Assembly (NCBI GenBank): GCA_002269645.1
Contig: NIVC01002618.1
Coordinates: forward strand, 1-64,000
Origin: Macrostomum lignano
Taxonomy: Eukaryota
Length of the DNA stretch: 64,000 nt
Reading direction: 5' to 3'
Part shown: one piece after another, positions 22,702 to 34,700 of the stretch
Layout of the letters: each line of letters starts with the position of its first letter
How positions within the stretch are numbered: the stretch's first letter is position 1
Translations under genes and position numbers: made by a program
The notes under the pieces: model-generated
Databases searched by the model: none
Told to the model about the DNA's origin: nothing
What the model saw: only the letters and a program-made list of their open reading frames with translations

Positions 22702-25700
22702 ATGCCACCACCTCGTAATCTGCCCTTATTGCAATGGCTACAACTGATTATGCTATTGACAGCCTCGTCTCAACTATTAGTCTGCTCAAGTGAGGAGCTA
22801 ACCAAGCTTAGCTTCTATCGCAATGCTCAGATTAATGGAGAAATTCTTGCTTACGTTGATTTCGATGCGGATGGCTGGATTGATTTTATAGCGCTGGAAG
22901 CTGCTAGTAACAGCGAGCGGAATAAGCAATCTAATGAACAGTTGATACGGCTGCATCTGTGGGAGCAGGTAATTCAACTCAAGGTGTGCTGTAAAGAAGT
23001 AGGGCCAGAAGGCATAGCAGGGAGCATAGAAAGAGGGAGGGACCAGAGACAGGGGGAGAGACCAGAGGGACAGGGAGAGACTAGAGGGACAGGGAGAGAC
23101 CAGAGGGACAGGGGGAGACCAGAGGGACAGGGGGAGAGACCAGAGGGACAGGGAGAGACCAGAGGGACAGGGGGAGAGACCAGAGGGACAGGGAGAGACC
23201 AGAGGGACAGGGAGAGACCAGAGAAACAGGGGGAGAGACCAGAGGGACAGGGAGAGACCAGAGGGACAGGGAGAGACCAGAGGGGAGAGACAGGGGGAGA
23301 GACCAGAGGGACAGGGAGAGACCAGAGGGACAGGGAGAGACCAGAGGGACAGGGAGAGACCAGAGGGACAGGGAGAGACCAGAGGGACAGGGAGAGACCA
23401 GAGGGACAGGGAGAGACCAGAGGGACAGGGGGAGAGACCAGAGGGATAGGGGAGAGACCAGAGGGACAGGGGAGAGACCAGAGGGACAGGGAGAGACCAG
23501 AAGGGCAGGGAGAGACCAGAAGGGCAGGGAGAGACCAGAGGGACAGGGAGAGACCAGAAGGGCAGGGAGAGACCAGAAGGGCAGGGAGGAAGACCAGAAG
23601 GGCAGGTAGAGACCAGAAGGGCAGGGAGGAAGACCAGAAGGGCAGGTAGAGACCAAAAAGCAGCAGACAAACGCACCAATAGATAGCGACTCTGGGAAAA
23701 GGCTTAAATCCGAATCATGTGCGGCCGCACATTCGACACTGCATTCCGCAGGAAGCCTCCGTCATGGTGCCCTCGATAGCGTCAAGCCACACTCTGTTGA
23801 GATCAACCGATCTTCTCCTGCCAGGCGGTGGGCAAGCCGTGATTGAAGCCACCTCGGTGGCAGACTTTAACGGTGACGCCCTGCCAGATTTGTTGATATC
23901 GGTGAGGGACAACTCTACTGATCGGCTGAGATTATGGATAGCCTATGGCCAGACAGATCGCCAGTCTGTTGGCCAGGTTGCCATGGTAACGGAGGCCGTT
24001 GATCAGCCCACGCTGTTCGACTACAATGCTGATTTGGTGACCGACTTTCTTGTTGAAGTGGCGCCCGGCAAGCCTGTGGTGTTTTGTGGCAGGCACAAAC
24101 AGTTGAGGTGAGCGACTGGAGGGGCTGCTTTTTATTGCTGCCGTTCTTTCTGTCCTCTGTGCCTGCCTGTGCGTAAGACTGTCTGTCTGTGTCTCCTTGC
24201 CTACGTAGCGGTCTGTCTACCTGTCTCAGTGTCTGCCTGTCTGTCTCATTGTCTGTCTGTGTCAGTGTCTGCCTTTCAGTCTCAGTGTCTGTCTATCTGT
24301 GTCTGTCTGTTGCCAGTCTCAGTGTCTGTCTATCTGTGTCTGTCTGTTGCCAGTCTCAGTGTCTGTCTAATTGTGTCTGTCTGTTGCCAGTCTCAGTGTC
24401 TGTTTATCTGTGTCTGTCTGTTGCCAATCTGTGTCTGTCTATCTGTGTCTGTCTATCTGTGTCTGTCTGTTGCCAGTCTCAGTGTCTGTCTATCTGTGTC
24501 TGTCTGTTGCCAGTCTCAGTGTCTGTCTATCTGTGTCTGTCTGTTGCCAGTCTCAGTGTCTGTCTATCTGTGTCTGTCTGTTGCCAGTCTCAGTGTCTGT
24601 TTATCTGTGTCTGTATGTTGCCAGTCTCAGTGTCTGTCTATCTGTGTCTGTCTGTTGCCAGTCTCAGTGTCTGTCTCTTTTGTCCCTTAATTTCATCGTT
24701 GATTGCAGTTATAATTGAAGGTTATTTATCTATATTTCATATCCTGCCCCTCATCTACGCTGTCCCAGCTTCACCAATTACACTGACGCGTTTCCCGGCC
24801 TGTCTCCGCAAGCCGCCCCGAACGCCAACTTGTTTGTCGACCTCAACGCCGATCTGCGCTCCGACATGCTGCTTCGCGTAGTTGTCGGACCGGCTGAGGA
24901 GAAATTCGTGCTGCTGTCGGCTTCGGCAGAGTCAGGCGGCTTTAAACGACAAACCGGCTTGTCAGCATTTGCTCTGCTGCCCAAATTTCTACTGGCTAAA
25001 GAGCTGAAGCACAGCGATAACCATACAAACAGCAGCAATGGGAGTAAGTTCAATGTTGCCGTTGGTCCGCCGGAGCCAATGTCGGCAGATTCCGACGCCG
25101 GCGTCGACCTGGCGCTGCCAGTCTGTCTGCAGGAATTTACTAGCGACAGTGTTGTCGGCTTAAAGACTCGACTTAAAACTGCTGCGTGGCGTTGTAGTAG
25201 CAACAGTTCGGCTGTGTGGATCTACAGCAGCGGCGCCGCCGCCTGGTGTCGCGTCGGTGTCGACGGTCTTGGGTCCAGGTTGGCGAGTTGATTTATAACT
25301 GCTTTAGTTAATATTGACTGTTTTTATTTAATAAAGATATCTAAACTCTTTACTTGGCTACTTGCAAGTTGGTCAGTAGTATAAAGAATCAGTTCATTCT
25401 CTTAAAAATCATTGGTAAAATGCGCTGCTTGCCTACTGATACTTGTCTGTAAGTAGTCTAAATCGAACATTTTCTTTTTTCTGTTACTTATAATTGCTCA
25501 TATTTCAAAAGCATTCCTGCAATAGTATACCTCGTAATCCTCATTCAGCTTCGCTCTTCATCCGGAGCTGCCATCGAGCAGTCAACTGCTGCTCCGTTTA
25601 CGAGCAGCCGACTTCGATCTTGACGGGCGTCAGGATCTGGTCTGTCTGTTGCGTCGCTTGTCGGACGGCGCCCTCGTTCCCGGCCTGCTTCGCTCCGTGT

Positions 25701-28700
25701 CGGACGACGATTCGACGCCTACGGCGGTTGATTGCGCTTCTGGCGCCAGCGCTAGCAGCTTCCGGTTTCGGGCCGAGGAGCTGCCTCTATTGGCCGCCTG
25801 CCAAGCTCACATTAGCGAGGGCGGCCAATGGGCTCTGGCGGCTGTGGCTCCAGCTGAGCTGGATTTGGACGGCTCGCCAGACCTGCTCACCCTGTGCCGG
25901 CACCCCACCGGTGCCGCTGTTAGTCGGACCTACTCTCAGGTGCGCTCAGATTGTCTTTGATAGGCGGACCTTTGTCTGAAATTCTCATTCTTCATTCATG
26001 ATTTCGTATCCCCTTTCAAAGTCAGTTGACCGTTTCCGAGATTTTGTTTAAATCTTAAGTCTGCTTTTCTGAGATATTTACTTCTTTTTGAAGTTAGGGA
26101 ATCCCTCCTTGCTAGTTTGGGAATCCCTTTGTCGAAGTTAGGGAATCCCTTTGTCGAAGTTAGGGAATCCCTTTGTCGAAGTTAGGGAATCCCTTTGTCG
26201 AAGTTAGGGAATCCCTTTGTCGAAGTTAGGGAATCCCTTTGTCGAAGTTAGGGAATCCCTTTGTCGAAGTTAGGGAATCCCTTTGTCGAAGTTAGGGAAT
26301 CCCTTTGTCGAAGTTAGGGAATCCCTTTGTCGAAGTTAGGGAATCCCTTTGTCGAAGTTAGGGAATCTCCTTTTTAAAGTTAGGGAATCCCTCTTTGCTA
26401 GTTGGGAAATCCCCCTTTTAAAGTTAGGGAATTCCCTTTTTAACTTAGGGAATCCCCCTTTGCTATTTGGGGCATCCCTTTTTAAAGTTAGGGAGTCCCT
26501 CTTTGCTAGTTGGGAAATCCCCTTTTTAAACTTAGGGAATCCCCCTTTGCTATTTGGGGAATCCCCTTTTCCGAGTTAGAAAGTTTCATTTTTGAAGTTT
26601 AGGAATTCCCCCTTTTAGAGTTAGGGAATCCCATTTTTAGAAATACCACTTTCTCTAGATTCGAAATCCATTTTTAAGTTCAAGGATCCCTTTCTTCTGT
26701 CGTGGGAAATCCGATTCTTCTTCCCTTCTTCCAAAGCAAGGAAATCTTCGGCTGCCTTTTTAATGCTACCGGAATATACAATGTTTAAACCAAATTATTT
26801 TCAAACGTTTCAATGTTCAGCCTCTGTAAGATGACGCACAGGTAACATTGCTATCTCACAACTCAGGTGCACAGTCAGCCTGGAAATTTCTTTCGCATTC
26901 AAAGCCTCAATTCCGCTCGCTGCTGGGGCCGCAGCCAGCAGTCCTGCACCTACGGCCGCCTGCCGCAGGGCCTCCCGGCGCCCGGGCCCTGTGTCCAGCT
27001 GTCCATCGAGCGGCGCAGCGGCGGCCATCGGGCCGAAACCGCCTGCCAGCTGGCGCAGTCCTCTGCTCACGGCCGCCTACCACTGCCTGAGATGCACTTC
27101 GGCCTCGGCCAGTATAGCAACTACATTGAGCGGCTGACTGTGGCCGTGCCCGACAATGTGCCCGGCGGAAGAGGTCTGTCTGTCTGTATCAGTGTCTGTA
27201 TGGCTGTCTGTCTGTATCAGTGTCTGTATCAGTGTCTGTATGGCTGTCTGTCTGCCTGTATCAGTGTCTGTATGGCTGTCTGTCTGCCTGTATCAGTGTC
27301 TGTATGGCTCTGTCTGTCTGTATCAATGTCTGTATGGCTGTCTGTCTGCCTGTATCAGTGTCTGTATGGCTGTCTGTCTGTCTGTCTGCCTGTATCAGTG
27401 TCTGTATGGCTGTCTGTCTGCCTGTATCAGTGTCTGTATGGCTGTCTGTCTGTCTGTCTGTCTGTATCAGTGTCTGTATGGCTGTCTGTCTGTCTGTCTG
27501 CCTGTATCAGTGTCTGTTCTACTGTCTGTGTGTTTACGTGGACTTTTTGGAAGTTCAGTAGCCTCGTTAGCTGGACCAACCGGTGTAGGTAGACCACTTA
27601 GGTGGACCACCAAATAATTTTGTCTCTGGTGGGGTTAAGACGTTGATGAGGATCTCACATTAATGTCAGGCGGGTCAAGAAAGGCTTAAGCAATTTTGGG
27701 ATGTCTAGCATGGTTTTTTCCAAAGTTATTTGCATTTCAGTTTAGCTGGACCTCCAGCCTGGTCTACCTAAACCGAGCGAGTCTGGTCCACGTAAACCGA
27801 AAAATTTTAGAAAATTTTTCGAAAATCGTCTGTTTGTGTCTGTTTGTGTCTGTTTGTGTCTGTTTGTGTATAGCAGTTATTAAGCACAGATTCAATGCAA
27901 AACTGATTTTTTTACAGATCATTACCTTACGAACAAAGGGCTATGTTGGCATCATATTATGACCGCTACTGGCTTTAAAACAATATGCGTTCAGTTCTTT
28001 GACATTCAAGTCGGTACGCAGGTTAATTAAAAATTCTGAAACCTCGTATGCGAAATGAATTTGATACAGTAAACTTTAAACTCCATTTAATTAGCTCAGT
28101 TCCAGCAATTCCGGTATCGTACTCTGAGCACAGACTCACAGAGTAAGACACCAACGTAAAGAAATCCAATTCGCGAACCAGATCAAACGATAAAGACTCC
28201 GAGACAAGAAAGATATTTAAGTGAAGCTTAAATAGTATTCTTCAATGACTTCTCAAGAACTCCCAGTGGTCCTTGATAGCCACACTGTGTAAATGCGAAT
28301 TTCTGAGGCTCTACCATTACACAAGAAGAAAATAGCAACTTCATGAATTAAGTGCTTGCCAATTCTATCCTAAACACTATGGGATATCCTGTTCTATCCT
28401 CCTCCAATTTTGGAAGAAGAAGATCCTAAGCTGCAGCCTTTCAAGTGCAAAGTTGAAGATGCAATTTACCTAATTGAAAAGGACAATTCATACATGTACA
28501 TGCAAAAGATTTGATCAAGAGGACGCAATTAAGAAGGGCCTTTTAGCTAGCGATCGGGTCTCTGACTCTCTAGCAAAAGGTCGACTTGATTGCGGTCCCA
28601 GTAAAACTAAGAACGCATTAACAGTCAGCCTAACACTCACTGTCTGTTTGGTCCACGTAAACACATGTGCAGGAGTATAGGGTTGGAACAGACAGACAGA

Positions 28701-31700
28701 CAGACCTCCCTTTCTATAATTGGCTGGTTAACACTTAGGAGGATAGATCCACCCCAACAATGGGACCGACCGCAGCCAATAGGAAACCCGCAAGCGTTCT
28801 GAAGGTAAGACAGTGGAGAGAGGGATATATAATGTCTAAGCGGGTGGTCCACGTAAACCATGGCGTAGTGAGACCAGACACAGACAGTTTAAAAGAAAGT
28901 ACTTATAATCCATACTATACAACTCTAAAGGATTGCAATTGTATAGATTAGAACGGTTTTTTATACTTAATAGGTCTAATGTTAATCCTTACTCCAAGTT
29001 TCATCCATATATAAATTTATTGTGCCAAAAACTGTAATCTACAACCAAGATATGATGACCCGCAAAAAAGGACGCCAAGCCTAAAATAAAAACTAAAAAA
29101 ACACCGTCGCAAAAAGCCACTGCGAAATCGAAGAAGCCGCATCGCCTGGTGAAAATCATCAGTCTGCTCGCAAATCCGTCGACACCGAGTCCAGAAAAGT
29201 GAGTTTCGTTTGATGATCTCAAAGTAGCTAGCTGCAAGGCCTGCAACTCAATTGCTGTAGAGAAGCTGGTCCACCTAACCTACAGACACAACTGAATCAG
29301 CTCTCTCAGTCTGTTTGAGGCTTTGGCTCTCAGAAGGTGGTCCACCTAACCTACAGACACAACTCGAACAGATTTCTCTGTCTGTTTGAGGCTCTGGCTC
29401 TCAGAGCCGCCGAGAAAGTTTAGTGCAGAAAATGCTTCAGTTTGTTAGAATGCAATCAGAACAGATTCCTAGAAAGTGAGCTAGTCCAGCATCAAGGCAG
29501 AACATCTGGATGTGTAACGAAAGTCTCTCGGAGACTCCTGGCTCAGATTATCGCCTAGAAGTGCTGTGGAGTAGCTGGTCCACCTAACCTACAGACACAA
29601 CTCGAACAGATTTCTCTGTCTGTTTGAGGCTGTGGCTCTCAGAGCCGCCGAGAAAGTTTAGTGCCGAGAATGCTTCAGTTTTTTAGAATGCAATCAGAAC
29701 AGATTCCTAGAAAGTGAGCTAGTCCAGCATCAAGGCAGAACATCTGGATGTGTAACGAGAGGCTCTCGGAGATTCCTGGCTCAGATTATCGCCTAGAAGT
29801 GCTTTGGAGTAGCTGGTCCACCTAACCTACAGACACAACTCGAACAGATTTCTCTGTCTGTTTGAGGCTCTGGCTCTCAGAGCCGCCGAGAAAGTTTAGT
29901 GCCGAGAATGCTTCAGTTTGTTAGAATGCAATCAGAACAGATTCCTAGAAAGTGAGCTAGTCCAGCATCAAGGTAGAACATCTGGATGTGTAACGAAAGT
30001 CTCTCGGAGACTCCTGGCTCGGATTATCGCCTAGAAGTACTGTGGAGTAGCTGGTCCACCTAACCTACAGACACAACTCGAACAGATTTCTCTGTCTGTT
30101 TGAGGCTGTGGCTCTTAGAGCCGCCGAGAAAGTTTAGTGCCGAGAATGCTTCAGTTTGTTAGAATGCAATCAGAACAGATTCCTAGAAAGTGAGCTAGTC
30201 CAGCATCAAGGTAGAACATCTGGATGTGTAACGAGAGGCTCTTGGAGATTCCTGGCTCAGATTATCGCCTAGAAGTGCTTTGGAGTAGCTGGTCCACCTA
30301 ACCTACAGACACAACTCGAACAGATTTCTGTCTGTTTGAGGCTCTGGCTCTTAGAGCCGCCGAGAAAGTTTAGTGCCGAGAATGCTTCAGTTTGTTAGAA
30401 TGCAATCAGAACAGATTCCTAGAAAGTGAGCTAGTCCAGCATCAAGGTAGAACATCTGGATGTGTAACGAGAGGCTCTTGGAGATTCCTGGCTCAGATTA
30501 TCGCCTAGAAGTGCTTTGGAGTAGCTGGTCCACCTAACCTACAGACACAACTCGAACAGATTTCTGTCTGTTTGAGGCTCTGGCTCTTAGAGCCGCCGAG
30601 AAAGTTTAGTGCCGAGAATGCTTCAGTTTGTTAGAATGCAATCAGAACAGATTCCTAGAAAGTGAGCTAGTCCAGCATCAAGGCAGAACATCTGGATGTG
30701 TAACGAAAGTCTCTCGGAGACTCCTGGCTCAGATTATCGCCTAGAAGTGCTGTGGAGTAGCTGGTCCACCTAACCTACAGACACAACTCGAACAGATTTC
30801 TCTGTCTGTTTGAGGCTGTGGCTCTCAGAGCCGCCGAGAAAGTTTAGTGCCGAGAATGCTTCAGTTTTTTAGAATGCAATCAGAACAGATTCCTAGAAAG
30901 TGAGCTAGTCCAGCATCAAGGCAGAACATCTGGATGTGTAACGAGAGGCTCTCGGAGACTCCTGGCTCAGATTATCGCCTAGAAGTGCTTTGGAGTAGCT
31001 GGTCCACCTAACCTACAGACACAACTCGAACAGATTTCTCTGTCTGTTTGAGGCTCTGGCTCTCAGAGCCGCCGAGAAAGTTTAGTGCCGAGAATGCTTC
31101 AGTTTGTTAGAATGCAATCAGAACAGATTCCTAGAAAGTGAGCTAGTCCAGCATCAAGGCAGAACATCTGGATGTGTAACGAGAGGCTCTCGGAGACTCC
31201 TGGCTCGGATTATCGCCTAGAAGTACTGTGGAGTAGCTGGTCCACCTAACCTACAGACACAACTCGAACAGATTTCTCTGTCTGTTTGAGGCTCTGGCTC
31301 TCAGAGCCGCCGAGAAAGTTTAGTGCCGAGAATGCTTCAGTTTGTTAGAATGCAATCAGAACAGATTCCTAGAAAGTGAGCTAGTCCAGCATCAAGGTAG
31401 AACATCTGGATGTGTAACGAGAGGCTCTTGGAGATTCCTGGCTCAGATTATCGCCTAGAAGTGCTGTGGAGTAGCTGGTCCACCTAACCTACAGACACAA
31501 CTCGAACAGATTTCTCTGTCTGTTTGAGGCTCTGGCTCTCAGAGCCGCCGAGAAAGTTTAGTGCCGAGAATGCTTCAGTTTGTTAGAATGCAATCAGAAC
31601 AGATTCCTAGAAAGTGAGCTAGTCCAGCATCAAGGTAGAACATCTGGATGTGTAACGAGAGGCTCTTGGAGATTCCTGGCTCAGATTATCGCCTAGAAGT

Positions 31701-34700
31701 GCTTTGGAGTAGCTGGTCCACCTAACCTACAGACACAACTCGAACAGATTTCTCTGTCTGTTTGAGGCTCTGGCTCTTAGAGCCGCCGAGAAAGTTTAGT
31801 GCCGAGAATGCTTCAGTTTGTTAGAATGCAATCAGAACAGATTCCTAGAAAGTGAGCTAGTCCAGCATCAAGGTAGAACATCTGGATGTGTAACGAGAGG
31901 CTCTTGGAGATTCCTGGCTCAGATTATCGCTTAGAAGTGCTGTGGAGTAGCTGGTCCACCTAACCTACAGACACAACTCGAACAGATTTCTGTCTGTTTG
32001 AGGCTCTGGCTCTTAGAGCCGCCGAGAAAGTTTAGTGCCGAGAATGCTTCAGTTTGTTAGAATGCAATCAGAACAGATTCCTAGAAAGTGAGCTAGTCCA
32101 GCATCAAGGTAGAACATCTGGATGTGTAACGAGAGGCTCTTGGAGATTCCTGGCTCAGATTATCGCCTAGAAGTGCTGTGGAGTAGCTGGTCCACCTAAC
32201 CTACAGACACAACTCGAACAGATTTCTGTCTGTTTGAGGCTCTGGCTCTTAGAGCCGCCGAGAAAGTTTAGTGCCGAGAATGCTTCAGTTTGTTAGAATG
32301 CAATCAGAACAGATTCCTAGAAAGTGAGCTAGTCCAGCATCAAGGCAGAACATCTGGATGTGTAACGAAAGTCTCTCGGAGACTCCTGGCTCAGATTATC
32401 GCCTAGAAGTGCTGTGGAGTAGCTGGTCCACCTAACCTACAGACACAACTCAAACAGATTTCTCTGTCTGTTTGAGGCTCTGGCTCTTAGGTGGTCCACA
32501 TAACCTACAGACAACTGAAGCAGCTCTCTCAGTCTGTTTGAGGCTTTGGCTCTCAGAAGGTGGTCCACCTAGCCTACAGACACAACTCGAACAGATTTCT
32601 CTGTCTGTTTGAGGCTCTGGCTCTCAGAGCCGCCGAGAAAGTTTAGTGCCGAGAATGCTTCAGTTTGTTAGAATGCAATCAGAACAGATTCCTAGAAAGT
32701 GAGCTAGTCCAGCATCAAGGTAGAACATCTGGATGTGTAACGAGAGGCTCTTGGAGATTCCTGGCTCAGATTATCGCCTAGAAGTGCTTTGGAGTAGCTG
32801 GTCCACCTAAACTACAGACACAACTCGAACAGATTTCTCTGTCTGTTTGAGGCTCTGGCTCTCAGAGCCGCCGAGAAAGTTTAGTGCCGAGAATGCTTCA
32901 GTTTGTTAGAATGCAATCAGAACAGATTCCTAGAAAGTGAGCTAGTCCAGCATCAAGGCAGAACATCTGGATGTGTAACGAGAGGCTCTTGGAGATTCCT
33001 GGCTCAGATTTTCGCCTAGAAGTGCTGTGGAGTAGCTGGTCCACCTAACCTACAGACACAACTCGAACAGATTTCTGTCTGTTTGAGGCTCTGGCTCTTA
33101 GAGCCGCCGAGAAAGTTTAGTGCCGAGAATGCTTCAGTTTGTTAGAATGCAATCAGAACAGATTCCTAGAAAGTGAGCTAGTCCAGCATCAAGGCAGAAC
33201 ATCTGGATGTGTAACGAGAGGCTCTTGGAGATTCCTGGCTCAGATTATCGCCTAGAAGTGCTGTGGAGTAGCTGGTCCACCTAACCTACAGACACAACTC
33301 GAACAGATTTCTGTCTGTTTGAGGCTCTGGCTCTTAGAGCCGCCGAGAAAGTTTAGTGCCGAGAATGCTTCAGTTTGTTAGAATGCAATCAGAACAGATT
33401 CCTAGAAAGTGAGCTAGTCCAGCATCAAGGCAGAACATCTGGATGTGTAACGAGAGGCTCTTGGAGATTCCTGGCTCAGATTATCGCCTAGAAGTGCTGT
33501 GGAGTAGCTGGTCCACCTAACCTACAGACACAACTCGAACAGATTTCTCTGTCTGTTTGAGGCTCTGGCTCTCAGAGCCGCCGAGAAAGTTTAGTGCCGA
33601 GAATGCTTCAGTTTGTTAGAATGCAATCAGAACAGATTCCTAGAAAGTGAGCTAGTCCAGCATCAAGGTAGAACATCTGGATGTGTAACGAGAGGCTCTT
33701 GGAGATTCCTGGCTCAGATTATCGCCTAGAAGTGCTGTGGAGTAGCTGGTCCACCTAACCTACAGACACAACTCGAACAGATTTCTCTGTCTGTTTGAGG
33801 CTCTGGCTCTCAGAGCCGCCGAGAAAGTTTAGTGCCGAGAATGCTTCAGTTTGTTAGAATGCAATCAGAACAGATTCCTAGAAAGTGAGCTAGTCCAGCA
33901 TCAAGGTAGAACATCTGGATGTGTAACGAGAGGCTCTTGGAGATTCCTGGCTCAGATTATCGCCTAGAAGTGCTTTGGAGTAGCTGGTCCACCTAACCTA
34001 CAGACACAACTCGAACAGATTTCTCTGTCTGTTTGAGGCTCTGGCTCTCAGAGCCGCCGAGAAAGTTTAGTGCCGAGAATGCTTCAGTTTGTTAGAATGC
34101 AATCAGAACAGATTCCTAGAAAGTGAGCTAGTCCAGCATCAAGGTAGAACATCTGGATGTGTAACGAGAGGCTCTTGGAGATTCCTGGCTCAGATTATCG
34201 CCTAGAAGTGCTTTGGAGTAGCTGGTCCACCTAACCTACAGACACAACTCGAACAGATTTCTCTGTCTGTTTGAGGCTCTGGCTCTTAGAGCCGCCGAGA
34301 AAGTTTAGTGCCGAGAATGCTTCAGTTTGTTAGAATGCAATCAGAACAGATTCCTAGAAAGTGAGCTAGTCCAGCATCAAGGTAGAACATCTGGATGTGT
34401 AACGAGAGGCTCTTGGAGATTCCTGGCTCAAATTAACGCCTAGAAGTGCTGTGGAGTAGCTGGTCCACCTAACCTACAGACACAACTCGAACAGATTTCT
34501 GTCTGTTTGAGGCTCTGGCTCTTAGAGCCGCCGAGAAAGTTTAGTGCCGAGAATGCTTCAGTTTGTTAGAATGCAATCAGAACAGATTCCTAGAAAGTGA
34601 GCTAGTCCAGCATCAAGGCAGAACATCTGGATGTGTAACGAAAGTCTCTCGGAGACTCCTGGCTCAGATTATCGCCTAGAAGTGCTGTGGAGTAGCTGGT

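Noticed and set aside
22969-23682. Repeat-rich C-terminus of ORF 22702-23649 and antisense ORFs
   Set aside because: ITFG1 intron 1 minisatellite after the donor GTAATT.
28020-28670. Horizontally acquired gene in a ciliate-type genetic code (TAA/TAG = Gln)
   Set aside because: TGA is about as frequent as TAA in frame and many CAA/CAG codons remain; decay or chance is a simpler explanation.
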